From the NCBI GenBank assembly GCA_027622005.1, contig JAQBZH010000003.1, positions 41,532 through 105,531 on the forward strand: a stretch of 64,000 nt of DNA, in the 5' to 3' direction. This document shows positions 63,702 to 64,000 of this stretch, piece by piece. Under the pieces are notes generated by a model. That model saw nothing but the letters and a program-made list of their open reading frames with translations. It was not told where the DNA came from and ran no database searches. The stretch's first letter is position 1; every line of letters starts with the position of its first letter. A program made the translations under genes and the position numbers. The DNA is from Bacteroidota bacterium (GTDB taxonomy: Bacteria; Bacteroidota; Rhodothermia; Rhodothermales; UBA10348).

Positions 63702-63819
63702 GTTAAAGCTCCGCTAATTAGCACGATGGCATTGGAAAAGATCAGGATGTCGAGGTATTTTGTATCCCTGTCCACGAATGTAAAAATGTGTAACCCGTTT
63801 TTTGACACGTTGCTAATCA

Positions 63820-64000
63820 ATGAGCAGTAGAAGAGAAGCTCGCGAGAGGGCGATGCAAGCGGTTTATGCGTTTACCGTAGGTGGGGACGAGGCGGAGCAT
63901 GTCATATCAACCGTCATTGATTCGCAGCTCGGGACAGACAAAGAAGCCAAAGCTTTTGCGGCCAAATTGTTTTTGAAAACGGTGGACATCTCTGATGAAG
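63820..64000 (+). CDS. nusB: Transcription antitermination factor NusB; 3' end lies outside the window
   Basis: From the ATG at 63820 the translation is MSSRREAREGAMQAVYAFTVGGDEAEHVISTVIDSQLGTDKEAKAFAAKLFLKTVD..., the characteristic NusB N-terminus (RR.ARE.A.Q.LY). The frame stays open to the window edge. Confidence 0.8.
   Translation, partial: MSSRREARERAMQAVYAFTVGGDEAEHVISTVIDSQLGTDKEAKAFAAKLFLKTVDISDE

Overview
This is a 64-kb chromosomal window of roughly mid-range GC, densely coding with about 50 CDS and one tRNA. I found no rRNA, CRISPR array, transposase, integrase or prophage signature. A T9SS-type C-terminal sorting domain, a PadR-FtsX permease pair and a PVC-type haem-binding protein suggest an FCB-group bacterium (Bacteroidota, Balneolota or Rhodothermota-like); this is inference only. 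Layout: (1) 0-16 kb is housekeeping and origin-type genes: MaoC-like dehydratase, M48 peptidase, recF, murQ, mfd, a WYL regulator, rsmG, mnmG, mnmE, yidC, rnpA, rpmH and tRNA-Val. (2) 16-21 kb holds small envelope and stress genes (SIMPL, DinB, PadR plus FtsX-like permease). (3) 21-32 kb is a sugar/fucose-type block: SSS symporter, FucI-like isomerase, alpha-carbonic anhydrase, mutarotase, a PVC-type haem/DUF1080 protein and a GH29 fucosidase. (4) 32-36 kb has an orphan GAF histidine kinase and recJ. (5) 36-48.6 kb is the most interesting part. A split YeeE/YedE pair, a persulfide-dioxygenase-like MBL-rhodanese fusion and two tandem SulP permeases face a convergent operon. That operon encodes a fused 4Fe-4S/NrfD membrane subunit, a roughly 995-aa bis-MGD molybdoenzyme with no Tat leader, and a TorD-like chaperone, with mobA just upstream. 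I interpret this as a candidate cytoplasm-facing SoeABC-like sulfite:quinone oxidoreductase inside a persulfide-to-sulfate pathway (hypothesis). (6) 48.8-64 kb contains NUDIX, M14 peptidase, a T9SS BNR-propeller protein, a CBM2-like repeat protein abutting an H-box-less HATPase fragment, a HutC/GntR regulator, moeA, pgi, a 486-bp AT-rich gene-free region, comEC and the start of nusB. A 16-bp palindrome of form ACTTG-N6-CAAGT occurs upstream of the YeeE operon, the Mo-enzyme operon and the GntR gene. Two of the three copies are identical, which suggests one regulon. All functional calls rest on motifs read by eye from the translations; no database search was run.
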